Part shown: positions 1-16,527 of the stretch, one piece after another | How positions within the stretch are numbered: the first letter of the stretch is position 1 | How the letters are laid out: each line of letters begins with the position of its first letter | NCBI RefSeq assembly: GCF_009914755.1 | Contig: NC_060933.1 | Strand: one strand, 5' to 3' | Length of the DNA stretch: 64,000 bases | Source: the human T2T-CHM13v2.0 reference genome, Homo sapiens | The notes under the pieces: generated by a model | What the model saw: only the letters and a program-made list of their open reading frames with translations | The model's database searches: none | Told to the model about the DNA's origin: nothing | Position numbers and translations under genes: made by a program

Positions 1-345
1 GTCTACTTCCCTATTTCTTGAATCACGGCTGGCCTATGACTTGTCTAAGTGGCAGAAGAGTCTGTGCTCTTTCCCTAAGCCAAAGGCCTCAAAGCCCTTG
101 CCCAGTTTACTCTCCCTTGCTCCTCTGCCTGCACCACAGGACAACGTAGCAAAGCCATTCTTCCCAGCTGAGGCTGTCTTCATCAACCAAAGGTCAGTCA
201 ACCACCAACAGGTGAGTCCCAGCTATGACAGAACCACTGACAAGATCAGCAGAATCCACAGACTTGAAATAAATGGTTGTTTTGAGCCACTGAGTTTGGG
301 AATGGTTTGTTATACAGCACTATTGTGGCAAGAGATAAGTGCTCC
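1..345 (+). mobile_element. Old MaLR LTR fragment (MLT1 family)
   Basis: 3' motif aataaatggttgttttgagccactgagtttgggaatggtttgttatacagca resembles the MLT1 terminus. Confidence 0.65.
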
Positions 346-1377
346 AACTGTGAACTCTCAGTTTCTTAAAAGGTTCCTGGTTTGGGGACTGTATCTGTTT
401 TTAAAGCTCACCTACATCAGTACTCTGGCACAAATCCCTTAAAAGACAGAGTTGAGAGATAAGAACACCCCACCTTAGGGCAGGGGTATAGGAACCTAGG
501 AACTACTTTTGTGCTGTGAGCGGAGAGCAAAGACTCAACTTACCCATTTCAAATATTGCAAAACATTGTCAGCCTTTCCTTAAAGCCTTGGGACCATAAC
601 AGTTCACTTCTGTTCTTTTCTCTTTGGTCTGAGACAAGTAAAGAGGTATTGCTTGGTTTCACCAGAAATACCAACGTGGGCACTGGAATCCCAGACCCTA
701 GTTTGAATATGACTGTTAAAATCATCTACTGTTGTTTCTCTTTCCGCAGTAGACCAGCCACTCTTCAAGGACCAAGACCATTCATCTGTGTCCTCAGAAC
801 CCAGAAAAATGCCTGGTACAGATAAAATATTCAGTATATGAATTAAATAATAAATAGATCAGGAGTGTCAAGACATTCAAATCTGAGAAATGGTAGGTAG
901 ACGAGAGTGTGGCAATCAGAGACTGCAAATGTTAAGACTGGCTCACAAAGGAAACTGGGATTTCTAGCGGGGAGGAGAAACTGGTAAGGCAGGATGTGGT
1001 CAAGAATAGTCAATAGGGCCTGGCTAATGGTGTCAGATGCAGATGCTATGAAAGATGTGGAACTGGTAATTGCTTAATCAGAGAGTACTGGTTAAAATAC
1101 AGGAAATCTGGGGTAATGAGGCAGAGAACCAGGATACTTTGAGGTCAGGGATGAAAACTAGAATTTTTTTCTTTTTTTTTTGCCTGAGAAACTTGCTGCT
1201 TTCAAGAGGCCCATGTATTAATTGCTTTGATCTTCCTTTTCTTACAGCTCTTTCAAGGGCAGAGCCCTCCTTATCCTGAAGGAATCTTATCCTTAGCTAT
1301 AGTATGTACTCTCTGCTACAAAAAAGGAAGAAATCTTGAGGCCTATTGGCATTCTCCCTGAACATCATGAAGGTCCT

Positions 1378-1420
1378 CTGTGTGTGTGTGTGCGTGTGTG
1401 TGTGTGTGCATGCACGTGTG
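1378..1420. repeat. (TG)n microsatellite in the position of the adjacent Alu tail
   Basis: Interrupted TG run directly abutting the 3' end of a minus-strand Alu. Confidence 0.9.
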
Positions 1421-1701
1421 ACGGGGTCTTGCTCTATCTCCCATGCTGTAGTGCAGTGGCACAATCATGGCTCACTGCAGCCTTGACCTCCTTGAGCTCA
1501 GGTGATCCTCCTACCTCAGACTCCAGAGTATCCGGGACGACAGGCATGCACCACCATGCCGGGCTAATTTTTAGGTTTTTTTGTAGAGGCAGGGTTTCGC
1601 TGTATTGCCCAGGCTGGTCTCGAACTCCTTGGCTCAAGTGATCTGCCCACCTCCACCTCCCAAGGTGCTGGGATCACAGGCATGAGCCACCATGCCCAGC
1701 C
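1420..1701 (-). mobile_element. Alu (AluJ-like)
   Basis: Dimeric Alu reverse complement with J-type positions (gctcactgcagccttgacc, ggctcaagtgatc). Confidence 0.9.
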
Positions 1702-3002
1702 AAATGTTCTCATTAATATGGTAAACAAAAATTGCTAATGGCCCCTTGAATAACTGAGATATAATTTTGTTAATTAAGGTTAATTTTTGTCGCCATATTT
1801 CTGGATTTCACAGAACTATAATTTGTTGTTACTGTAGTTGGGTTTGGAGGACTGACATAGGGTTGCAAACATCTCTTTTAACAATCAAGTAGGAATGGAA
1901 TAATGTCATAATAAACATCAGTATTTACCAAAAGGGAATAGTTGGCCACCTTTCACTCATACATGTATATTGCATTGTCCTCATTTTTCTCATTTTTGTC
2001 CTAGCCCAGTGAGAGCATTGTCTTGGGTCCATACCAGTCTATTGGTCTAAAACTGCTAGAATGAAGAATAGAAAATTGTTTAGTAGGCAGCAATAACAAA
2101 TCTTGCACTTTAATGGACTATAACAATGAATCACCAGAGAAATATGACATTAATGGCCTGGAGTTAACCACTCCCCCCAAAATTTATTGCTTCTATAGAA
2201 AATGCAGTGTCTTTTCTGTTGTCCTGGAGCTATCGAACCACACCTAAAGTATTTTGATAAAGAATTCTTTGCCAAACCTGAGTGTGCCCCAAAATTAACC
2301 CTCAAGGTGATGGGAGGATTTGCAACCATATTATACAATGAGCTAAGACTTATGAGCTGAGAGAACGTGTGGGTATATTTGCAGGAATGAAGGGAATAGT
2401 GATTAAAGGGTATAACTTTTGAATGGTCTGCCCAGTGTACAAGCCAATGACTTACCCAGGAACCTTCCTCAGAGGGCCTCAGAGGCCCACCTTTTCCCCA
2501 GCAACCAAACTATGACCTTGCTCCTCGAGCCATGGTTGACCAAACCTAGGCCAGCTGATTGTCTCCCAGAGTTTGGAATTGGGACTTAGATAGTTTGAGT
2601 TGGTGTTTGGCTAAGGGAGTGTCAAGAAGAACTTATAGAAAGAGGTCTTCAAAATCAAAAAGCCTTCTCAGAGAGCAAGTATGTGTCCCTTACCTGAATC
2701 AAATCTCTCCTCTCCCTCTCCTCCTCCTAAGTAGAGAAAGCTGGCAGCCATTTGCCAAGGTTCTTGGTCTGAGGGATTCACATATCAGAAAATTATTTCA
2801 ATCACATAAAACCGTTAAAGAACCTACAAACTCTGAGAGGCTGTAGTACAAGATGATGTCAGGTGATTCCATGGATGGATTCTTTTACTTTAATGCTTAT
2901 GTTGATTAGTTTATTTTCATGTATTTCAGTAAAAGAAAAAAAAATACTTCTAGGACATCAAGCTCATGAATTAATGAATATTGTTTAGAAAAAGGGCTAA
3001 TT

Positions 3003-3904
3003 GGAGGAGCCAAGATGGCCGAATAGGAACAGCTCCGGTCTACAGCTCCCAGCGTGAGCGACGCAGAAGACGGTGATTTCTGCATTTCCATCTGAGGTAG
3101 CGGGTTCATCTCACTAGGGAGTGCCAGACAGTGGGCGCAGGTCAGTGGGTGCGCGCACCGTGCGCCAGATGAAGCAGGGCGAGGCATTGCCTCACTTGGG
3201 AAGCGCAAGGGGTCAGGGAGTTCCCTTTCCGAGTCAAAGAAAGGGGTGACGGACGCACCTGGAAAATCGGGTCACTCCCACCCAAATACTGCGCTTTTCC
3301 GACAGGCTTAAAAAACCGCGAACCACGAGATTATATCCTGCACCTGGCTCGGAGGGTCCTACGCCCACGGAGTCTCGCTGATTGCTAGCACAGCAGTCTG
3401 AGATCAAACTGCAAGGCGGCAACGAGGCTGGGGGAGGGGCGCCCGCCATTGCCCAGGCTTGCTGAGGTAAACAAAGCAGCCAGGAAGCTCCAACTGGGCG
3501 GAGCCCACCACAGCTCAAGGAGGCCTGCCTACCTCTGTAGGCTCCACCTCTGGGGGCAGGGCACAGACAAACAAAAAGACAGCAGTAACCTCTGCAGACT
3601 TAAGTGTCCCTGTCTGACAGCTTTGAAGAGAGCAGTGGTTCTCCCAGCACGCAGCTGGAGATCTGAGAAGGGGCAGACTGCCTCCTCAAGTGGGTCCCTG
3701 ACCCCTGACCCCTGAGCAGCCTAACTGGGAGGCACCCCGTAGCAGGGGCAGACTGACACCTCACACGGCAGGGTACTCCAACAGACCTGCAGCTGAGGGT
3801 CCTGTCTGTTAGAAGGAAAACTAACAAACAGAAAGGACATCCACACCAAAAACCCATCTGTACATCACCATCATCAAAGACCAAAAGTAGATAAAACCAC
3901 AAAG
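3003..3904 (+). promoter_or_regulatory. L1 5'UTR with internal sense and antisense promoter
   Basis: YY1 site caagatggccg at the 5' end; CpG-rich; ~900 bp, matching the short form that lacks the 129-bp ZNF93-bound segment. Confidence 0.8.
3234..3449 (-). CDS. ORF0: L1 ORF0, intact 71-aa antisense ORF
   Basis: MAGAPPPASLPPCSLISDCC...RFSRCVRHPFL, 71 codons from the ATG at 3449; expression unknown. Confidence 0.75.
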   Translation of the reverse strand: MAGAPPPASLPPCSLISDCCASNQRDSVGVGPSEPGAGYNLVVRGFLSLSEKRSIWVGVTRFSRCVRHPFL

Positions 3905-4920
3905 ATGGGGAAAATACAGAACAGAAAAACTGGAAACTGTAAAAAGCAGAGCGCCTCTCCTCCTCCAAAAGAAGGGAGTTCCTCACCAGCAAGGGAACAA
4001 AGCTGGATGGAGAATGACTTTGACGAGCTGAGAGAAGAAGGCTTCAGACGATCAAATTACTCTGAGCTACGGGAGGACAGTCAAACCAAAGGCAAAGAAG
4101 TTGAAAACTTTGAAAAAAATTTAGAAGAATGTATAACTAGAATAACCAATACAGAGAAGTGCTTAAAGGAGCTGATGGAGCTGAAAACCAAAGCTCGAGA
4201 ACTACGTGAAGAATGCAGAAGCCTCAGGAGCCAATGCAATCAACTGGAAGAAAGGGTATCAGCGATGGAAGATGAAATGAATGAAATGAAGCGAGAAGGG
4301 AAGTTTAGAGAAAAAAGAATAAAAAGAAATGAGCAAAGCCTCCAAGAAATATGGGACTATGTGAAAAGACCAAATCTACGTCTGATTGGTGTACCTGAAA
4401 GTGATGGGGAGAATGGAACCAAGTTGGAAAACACTCTGCAGGATATTATCTAGGAGAACTTCCCCAGTCTAGCAAGGCAGGCCAATGTTCAGATTCAGGA
4501 AATACAGAGAACGCCACAAAGATACTCCTCGAGAAGAGCAACTCCAAGACACATAATTGTCAGATTCACCAAAGTTGAAATGAAGGAAAAAATGTTAAGG
4601 GCAGCCAGAGAGAAAGGTCGGGTTACCCTCAAAGGGAAGCCCATCAGACTAACAGCAGATCTCTCGGCAGAAACCCTACAAGCCAGAAGAGAGTGGGGGC
4701 CAATATTCAACATTCTTAAAGACAAGAATTTTCAACCAGAATTTCATATCCAGCCAAACTAAGCTTCATAAGCGAAGGCGAAATAAAATACTTTACAGAC
4801 AAGCAAATGCTGAGAGATTTTGTCACCACCAGGCCTGCCCTAAAAGAGCTCCTGAAGGAAGCGCTAAACATGGAAAGGAACAACCGGTACCAGCCGCTGC
4901 AAAATCATGCCAAAATGTAA
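3905..4920 (+). pseudogene. L1 ORF1, disrupted
   Basis: MGKIQNRK... ORF1p; premature TAG at 4451-4453 and a 1-bp deletion near 4737. Confidence 0.95.
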
Positions 4921-4983
4921 ACACCATCGAGACTAGGAAGAAACTGCATCAACTAATGAGCAAAATAACCAGCTAACATCATA

Positions 4984-8783
<3,800 letters not shown>

Positions 8784-9269
8784 ACGATGAGATCACATGG
8801 ACACAGGAGGGGGAATATCACACTCTGGGGACTGTTGTGGGGTGGGGGAGGGGAGAGGGATAGCATTGGGAGATATACCTAATGCTAGATGACGAGTTAG
8901 TGGGTGCAGTGCACCAGCATGGCACATGTTTACATATGTAACTAACCTGCACAATGTGCACATGTACCCTAAAACTTAAAGTATAATAAAAAAATTAAAA
9001 AAAAAGAAAATGGGCTAATCTCTTTAAGTAAGAAAAAGATGAGTTTAAAGAGAACTATTACATAAATAATAGTATATAAGAAAAACATAATGAGAATGAG
9101 TCACAAAGGAGGCTCAAGTACCCCCAAAATGTTTTCAACAAAAGCAACTGAAATGTTAATGCCCATTGATCTTATTAGTAATACAAATTGACACATAATA
9201 AACCAAACAGTGAAACCCATTGAGGCACTGGGCTTTAAGAAACTGGCTTGGATGATTCAGAGAGTGGGT

Positions 9270-9510
9270 AATAACTAACATCTTTTGGGTGGATAAGACC
9301 TGTCAGGCATCATTTAAATGCTCTGCAAGCATTAATTTAAACTCATTTGATTTCTAGAACACCTTTACGTGGTAGGTGATTATTGTTATGCCCATTTTCT
9401 AGATGGGTTAACTGAAGGACAGAGAGGTTAGTAACTTGCCCAATTATCTGCCATTTGTAAGTCACAGAGAACCTGCTTTTCCTTAAGTCTGACAACCCAG
9501 TCTGCTTATT
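9270..9510 (-). mobile_element. MIR SINE
   Basis: Core cccattttctagatgggttaactgaaggacagagaggttagtaacttgccc. Confidence 0.75.
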
Positions 9511-10810
9511 TTGAATGTGAACTGGATTTTGGTTTCTTGGTGCTATATATTAGTCATTTATAACTCCCCAGTGTTAGCACAATGCCCTGTACTTTGTAAG
9601 AAAAATGAAATAAAAAATAAATGAATGAGTAAAGGAATACGTGTGATGATGGTAGCAGTTTGAAATGACCCTAAAATTTTCTCCACATTTATTTTCCACT
9701 TAAAACAATAAGAGGCAAACCAATCAAAGTACCGAATGGAAGTGCCAGGTCAAAGGATTCCCTTCTCTCACACACTGGGCTGTGGCCACAGCTAGGACTT
9801 GGCAAACCCTCAACTCAGCTTCTTAGAAGCATGATGAGGTAAACCGAGGGCTTACTTGACTCTGATGCCTTAAAAAGTCCACTTTGCCTACTGTTGCCCC
9901 ATGGCCCTTTCAATTTGACTACTCCATTGCTGTCATAGTTCTCTTTCCTCCATTAAGAATGTTCATAAGACCTGGAAGAAATTCTTCCAATTGGTCAGTT
10001 ATCCTGCCAAGTGCAAGTATCTCAATTATTATTTCAGTGCTGCCTGGGAGACTTGGAAGAGGGTGTGGGAAGGGGAGAAGGGACAGTGACACTTTAGGCA
10101 TGTCTTGTGCAAGCCAGGCATAGCTGCCATGACTTCAGGGAACAGGGATTTCAAGCTGGGGCTCTTTGCTGGACTGTGAATGGAGTGTTTCCTCCTTTCT
10201 AAGTTGTCTACTGTCCTTGGCAGTTAATCCATTGGTATATGTTTCAGGAACAAATATGAAACTTTAATCCTTTTAACAAGTGAATTTAAACCTTTTGTAT
10301 TATGGTCATATCTAGGGCAGGGGAAATCCTTCATTCCATAGCTTCCTCCACTCACTTCTCCACCCTGCCTAAATTATGTACAAATTGTGTGCTCTATGGA
10401 AGGCAAGGCATTTTCTGCTTTCACAACTTGTGGCTATACTTGGCAATTATTAAATCAATATGTGATTCAGGAACAAATATGAACTTTAATCCCTTTGGCA
10501 GGTAAAGAAGACAAGTCTTTTCATATTCAGCTCAAGAATTTGGTCATGTTAAAGCCATACTAATCCATAGAAAAAAATAAAGTTTATAATTCATCATATT
10601 GTTTTCCCACTATTCCCAAATGCTCACTCATGGACAGAGAGAAGGAAAACAGATACAGGTCCAGAATCTTCTTTTGACTTTTCTAATCTCTCTAATTAAT
10701 TTTTTCACTCATTCATTTATTCATTCAACAGACATGAACCATCTTCTATGCTTTATACTTAGCTGGGCCTTGCTGGGCTTGATTCCAAGCTGCAGGTTGG
10801 TCCAATAGGC

Positions 10811-11158
10811 CAGCGGTCTCCAATAGGCCAGCGGTCTCCTTTTTGGCATCAGGGACCAGTTTCATGGAAGACAATTTTTCCACAGACCGGTTGGGGAGTG
10901 GGAGATGATTTGGGGATAAAACTGTTCCACCTCATAAGAATCATCAGGCATTAGCTTCTCATAAGAAGCATGCAACCTAGATCCCTCGCATGCGCAGTTC
11001 ACAATAGGGTTCACACTCTTATGAGAATCTAATGCTGCCACTGCTCTGATGGGAGGCAGAGCTCAGGCGGTAACGCTCACTAACCCACTGCTCACCTACT
11101 GCTGTGCGGCCTTATCCTAACAGGCCATGGACTGGGTACTGGGATTTGGGAACCTCTG
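10811..11158. mobile_element. MER1B-like hAT-Charlie MITE
   Basis: cagcggtctcc...ttttggcatcagggaccagtttcatggaagacaatttttcc; 8-bp TSD caataggc / cagtaggc. Confidence 0.85.
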
Positions 11159-11289
11159 CAGTAGGCTATACAGGACATTTCTTTTTCCCTCACGGCAATG
11201 GCAGAAATGCAAAAGGGCAAGCCCAGTTTCAAATCTGCTAACATCCCATTGGCCAAAGCAAGTCACATAGCCAAGCTCTAAAAATTCTA

Positions 11290-11773
11290 TGTTCAGAGAA
11301 CACAGCCTTCCAAAAGGAAGGCCAAATAAACATTTTCAGACAAATAAAAACTGTGAGAATTTGTCACTGCCAAAGAAAATAATAGAATTCTTCAGACAGA
11401 AAAAAATGAATACAGATGGATGCAGACACATGAAAAAGAATAAAAAACAACTTAGAAGGTAAATAAATTAATCTAAATGAATTTTGACTGTATAAAACAG
11501 CCCCAGTAAAGTTTTAGGGCATACACACTGTGTAAATGTAAACAGAGAATTTAATATATAAAAAATTTATATGTGTCAGCAATTGTCATAAATGGTAGAA
11601 GGGCAAGTGGATTTAAATATTCTAAGGTCATTACTTTCTCCCAAAATTGACCCGTACAATAAATACAATCCTGATTTTAAAAATCAATAATATTTTTTGT
11701 GGGGGTGGACAATGAGAATGTAATAACTAATTCTAAAATGTATATAAGGATACAAAGGGTCAAGAATAGCAAA
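11290..11773 (+). mobile_element. Old L1M fragments
   Basis: Degenerate ORF1-end and ORF2 motifs (agacaaataaaaactgtgagaatttgtcac; ctaattctaaaatgtatata). Confidence 0.6.
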
Positions 11774-12041
11774 CATGCACAGCTCAGTTATTAGGCTTTC
11801 ATTGTCTAGTCTTTCAATACACGCATATCTTTACTATTTGAAAGGTGTTACAGCTGTCGAAGAATCGTTGTGGACCTGAGGATAATTTCTTGCAAAGCTG
11901 AATGCAAGGGTACTGTCATTCATAGTGTTGATATAAAAATACCAGAAATCTTCACTTTTGCTACGTAGATATAGCATTGGGCTATTATGTTACAACACTG
12001 AAATATATTGATTTATTTTTAAAATACTTTTATAAGAAAAA
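11774..12041 (+). other. Orphan retroposed fragment of non-repeat sequence (possible mRNA 3' end)
   Basis: Flanked by 12-bp direct repeat aagaatagcaaa (11762-11773, 12042-12053); short A-rich 3' end; AATATA about 30 nt upstream. Confidence 0.6.
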
Positions 12042-13662
12042 AAGAATAGCAAAGATAATTTTATCTTTCTTAACCTCTTATGAAAAGTGTCAAACATATA
12101 CAAAAGCAGACAGAAAAATATAATGAACCTATTACCCATCTTCAATAGTTTTCAGTTCATGGTCAGTATTGTTTTATCTATACCCCCATGCCCACTTCTT
12201 CATGTAATTTACTTGTGCTTTCAGGGCCTACTCAGGTCCAGTCATGTATATACCACTTCCACTTGATAATGAAGTGTTGCTGTGCATGCCATGCCCAACT
12301 TTATGTCTCGGTGAATCAGATAATACCCAGTTATGATGAACCACTATAGTCACATGGTAACTTGGTAGTCTGTGGTCAAGTGTTGATTTTTACTAAGGCC
12401 CAGCAGCAGGCAAAGAGCTGCCTCTCTCATTATCTGTGGTGATGGCAGGGCCCTGTCTCAAAAATCCTAAAGGCTTGTGCTGTCATTCACTTATAGGTGC
12501 CTGGCAAAGACTCCAAACAGCATCCCTATCTGCCACCAACACTTCAAGCACCATTAGATCTGCTGGATCATATGTCCCAAGTGGCAGAGCAGCCTGTACA
12601 GCAGCCTGGACCTGTTGTGGAGCCTTCTCTTGTTCTGGGCCCTAATCAAACTAGTAGCTTTTTGGTCACTTGAAAAAGAGGCTGGGTAACACACCCAAAA
12701 GAGGAATATATTGCCTCCAAGATCCAGATAGATCCACGAGGCATTGTGCCTTTTTCTTGGCTGTACGAAGGACCATATGCAACAACATTTTCTTCACCTT
12801 AAAAGGGCTATCTAAACATGTCCCATACCACAGGACCCCTAGAAATTTCACTAAAGAAGGCCCCTGAGTTCTAGTTGGATTTATTTCCCACTCTTTGGCA
12901 TACACATGTCTTACTAGTCTAGAGTAGTTGCTATATTTGCTAACTGGGGCCAATCAGCATAATGTCATCAATGGAATGCACCAGTATTAACCCTCGTAGA
13001 AGGGAAAGGTGATCAAGTTCCCTGAGAACTAAATTATGACATAGAGCTGGAGAGTTGATATTCCCCTGAGATAGCACACTGAAGGCACATCGCTGGCCTT
13101 GCCAGCTGAGGGCAAATTGCTCTAGTAGGCCTTATGGACAGGTATGAAGAAAAAGCTGTCTGCAAGATCAATAACTATATATGAAGAAGCAGGAGATGCG
13201 TTAATTTGCTGAAGCAATGAAACCACATCTGGTACAGCAGCTGCAATTGGAGTCATCACCTGGCTGAGATTACGATATCCATTGACATTCTTCAAGATCT
13301 CTCTGTCTTCTGCACAGGCCAAATAGGAGAGGTGAATGGGGATGTGGTTGGAATTACTATCTGTCCATGCTTCAAGGCTTCACACTAATCTCTGCAATTT
13401 ATCCAGGATGAAATATTGCTTTTGGTTTACTATTTTCCTAAGTAGAGCTCTCATGGCCTCCAATTGGCCTTTCCACCAAAATAGCTCTCACTCTGTAGGT
13501 CATGGAACCAATATGAGGATTCTTCCAGCTGCTAAATATGTCTATTCCAATTATGCATCTAGAACTGGGGAAATAACCTGGATGGTCTCAGGGACCCACT
13601 GAACCCACTGTGAAATGAACCTGAGCTAAAATTCCATTAATCACCTTACCTCCAAAGACCTC

Positions 13663-14749
13663 TGTTAGGAAATAAAAAATAAAAAACCCACAAACTGTTT
13701 TTTCCTCTGCTCTCACATCGCAGCAACAATCACCACAGAAGATCCGTGACTAAATGTGTGGGGATTTCTCCCCACCAAAAAGCAAGCAAGCAATTCTGTA
13801 CCAACTAGGTGTCCTCCAATTCAATTAATTTTGATGCTTTCTACCTAGAGATAACCTCAGAAACCACAAGTTGAGGGCTCAGTCTCTAAGACTGTTCTTC
13901 CTTCAGACACCAGTTATAAGCCCAGGCCTCTGGAACTTCTGATCAACTGGCTTCAAGTTGGAGTTCCCACAACCTCTTTTTGGGGTTTGATTATTTTGCT
14001 AGAGGAGCTCACAGAACTCAAGGAAATACTTGAGTTCTGAAGCACTGAAACCACAGGACCCCTAGAAATTTCCTCAAGGAAACACTTGAGTTCAGTAAGC
14101 TGCTCAGAGGCAAGGTGTTGGGGAAGGGGCATACAGCTTCCATGCACTCGTTTGGTGTGCCACCCTCCAGGAACCTCCAGGTGTTCAGCTATCTGGAAGC
14201 TCCCCAAACTCAGTCTTCTTTGTCCTTTTATGGAGACTTCATTGGATAGACATGATTGAAGCATGAAAAACCATGTAGAAATGTGATTGGACAAAAAGGA
14301 TATGATCTAATAGTAACAGTCTGAGTGGGAAAACCCAGAAAGACCTCTATATTTAGATTCTTGGCCTCTATGTGTAGCATTTCTTCCTCCAGGGTATGGG
14401 ACAGGACCCTCTCTAGAATGCAGGCCTTATGACTTACTATCAAACAAGGTAGTTCAGATAATTTCTTTATGGACAGAAAGGTGGGGGCTTATGGCTGGCT
14501 TTCAGGAAACAGAGTTCTGGTTTCTATGATTCAATCTGGGGAAGAAAGACTCTAGTTTCTAGGGATGGCCTTGAGGGAGAATGAGAGTCAGAAATAGGGC
14601 CAGAGAAGGTCAGAGAGAAACTTTTGCTTCTGAGGCCTAAAACACCCTAACATTATAACAGAAGACTGTAACAAGGACTATGGGAGTTATGAGCCAGAAA
14701 CTGTGAATGAAAAGATATGCATATTTACACATCTGTGCATAACATTACA
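13663..14749. mobile_element. Solo LTR, MER21/MER34-group, nested in ERV-L
   Basis: TG...CA bounded; caattcaatt...ctacctagagata and gactatgggagttatgagccag motifs; ERV-L resumes on both sides. Confidence 0.7.
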
Positions 14750-15513
14750 ACCTTCTGGACTGAATGGAAGGCCACAATGATGTTTTGGATCACCTGGAAT
14801 CAGTCAGTTCAGAGCCAGTGTCTAAGTAGTTCTCAAAAGCTCTGATTATTTTCTTTTCCCCAACGCACAGTTACCCTGGTGAAAGGCAGTAGGTACCTTT
14901 GGGGAAAGCTGGGATAAAGATTAGCAGTATACATTTTTGGTAATTTACTTGGGTTCTTCCTAAAGGGAATCCAGCCTCTACTTCATTCGAGGGGTTCTGA
15001 GCCTATAAACTGACTTAAGTCTGGAAATCGATCAAAGGGCCATGTTTTTATGATTGGGGTTAGATGTTTGTTCACTTGACATAGTTTTTTGCTTGTATAG
15101 ATAAAGTGAGAATTTAGTAGGCATCCTATTTCACTTCTAGGAACACCATGATCAAGTAACCAATGTTATAGGCCTGCATGAGTCAGACTATTACGATTGT
15201 TGCTTTGACTCTGCTGTCCATTGTGGTAATTACACCCGCCTTGCTTTTGGCAGCTGAGTGCCACAATTTGGCCCCTGTCATCCTGGAATCCAATCACTCC
15301 TAATTCATTTAGGTTTTCTTATTGAATGGCTACGGTTACCACTCTGAAGTCTGGCCTACAAAGGAGAGCTATCACAAAGCCCTTCACAGATGCTGGGGCT
15401 ACCCTCGCAAATGTATTTCTCACATTCATGGTGAAAGATAGGTCTTCTGTATCCTCCCAGTGTGAGTGAGTAGGTCTTAAATACAAATCTACTCTAACAT
15501 TTCAATATTCCCA

Positions 15514-15898
15514 TGCTGTGGTTTGAATGCATCCCTCAAATTTCATGTGTTGGAAACTCAATCCCCAAATTCATATATTGATGACTTTTGGAGGTGGGGC
15601 CTGTAGGATTAGTTAAGGTCATTAATTAGGATTAGTTAAGATCTTTAGAGTGGAACTTCCATGACAAGACTGGTGGCTTTATACAAGAGAAAGAAAGACC
15701 TGACCTGGCACGTTCTTGCCCTTTTGCCATGTGATGCCCTCCACCATGTTATGATACAGCAAGAAAACCCCCAACAGATGCTAGAGCCATGCTGTTGAAC
15801 TTCCTGCCTCCAGAACTTTGAGCTAAATAAACTTAGTTTCTTTATAAATTACCTAGTCTGTGGCATTCTGTTATAGCAACAGAAAACAGACTAAGACA
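15514..15898 (+). mobile_element. MST-family MaLR solo LTR nested in ERV-L
   Basis: tgctgtggtttgaatg...ttctgttatagcaacagaaaacagactaagaca. Confidence 0.85.
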
Positions 15899-16527
15899 CC
15901 CTAAGCCATTGAATCCTTCCTCTACATTAAAACAAGTGGGGGTCAGGCATTTCCAATTTGCCCATGGTTTAGCCAACCACGTAACCAAACAATTAGAGCC
16001 CTTTCTGACTCCCCAAACTGCAACATTACATGAAAAATCTCTACTTAATGAGTTCATATCAATAAATTCTGCATGATCCAAGTTTACGTTCCTTTCACCA
16101 TTACCCCACACTGTTAATATCCACTCCTGCATATGTTGCCAAGATTTCTGCTTGTATAAATTAGAAAACTCAAGTATTAATACCTTTTTTTTTTTTTTGG
16201 AGTGTAGTACAACTCCTCATGGGTCACACTTTCTACTTCACCCTTAGGGGCCTGCTGAGACTTGAGTCTAATTACAGTTCTAGAAGCAAAGAGGGATGAT
16301 GGGGTGGATTCTGAGGAGAAACAGTGTTGTCTTGCATGGCAACTGCCTCAGGACAGGCCATTACTATTTTCTCAGGAAATGCTGGGTTAATGCCCTTAGA
16401 TGGAGGTGGAAAAATTGGTGGAAAGGCAGATACTACTGGAGTTGGAGAGGCCACGTCTTCTGGGGGTGAGGAGGCCTCTTTCATTGGCAAAAAAGACTCA
16501 TCACAATTTAGGAGTCTAAGTTCCCAG

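Noticed and set aside
1230-1310. Possible small exon (cttacag acceptor ... gtatgt donor)
   Set aside because: Splice-like motifs occur by chance; there is no partner exon or recognisable peptide.
41-2846. Short ORFs in the track (133, 89, 101, 95 aa and others)
   Set aside because: They overlap LTR, Alu or microsatellite sequence, mostly lack ATG starts and show no recognisable domain.
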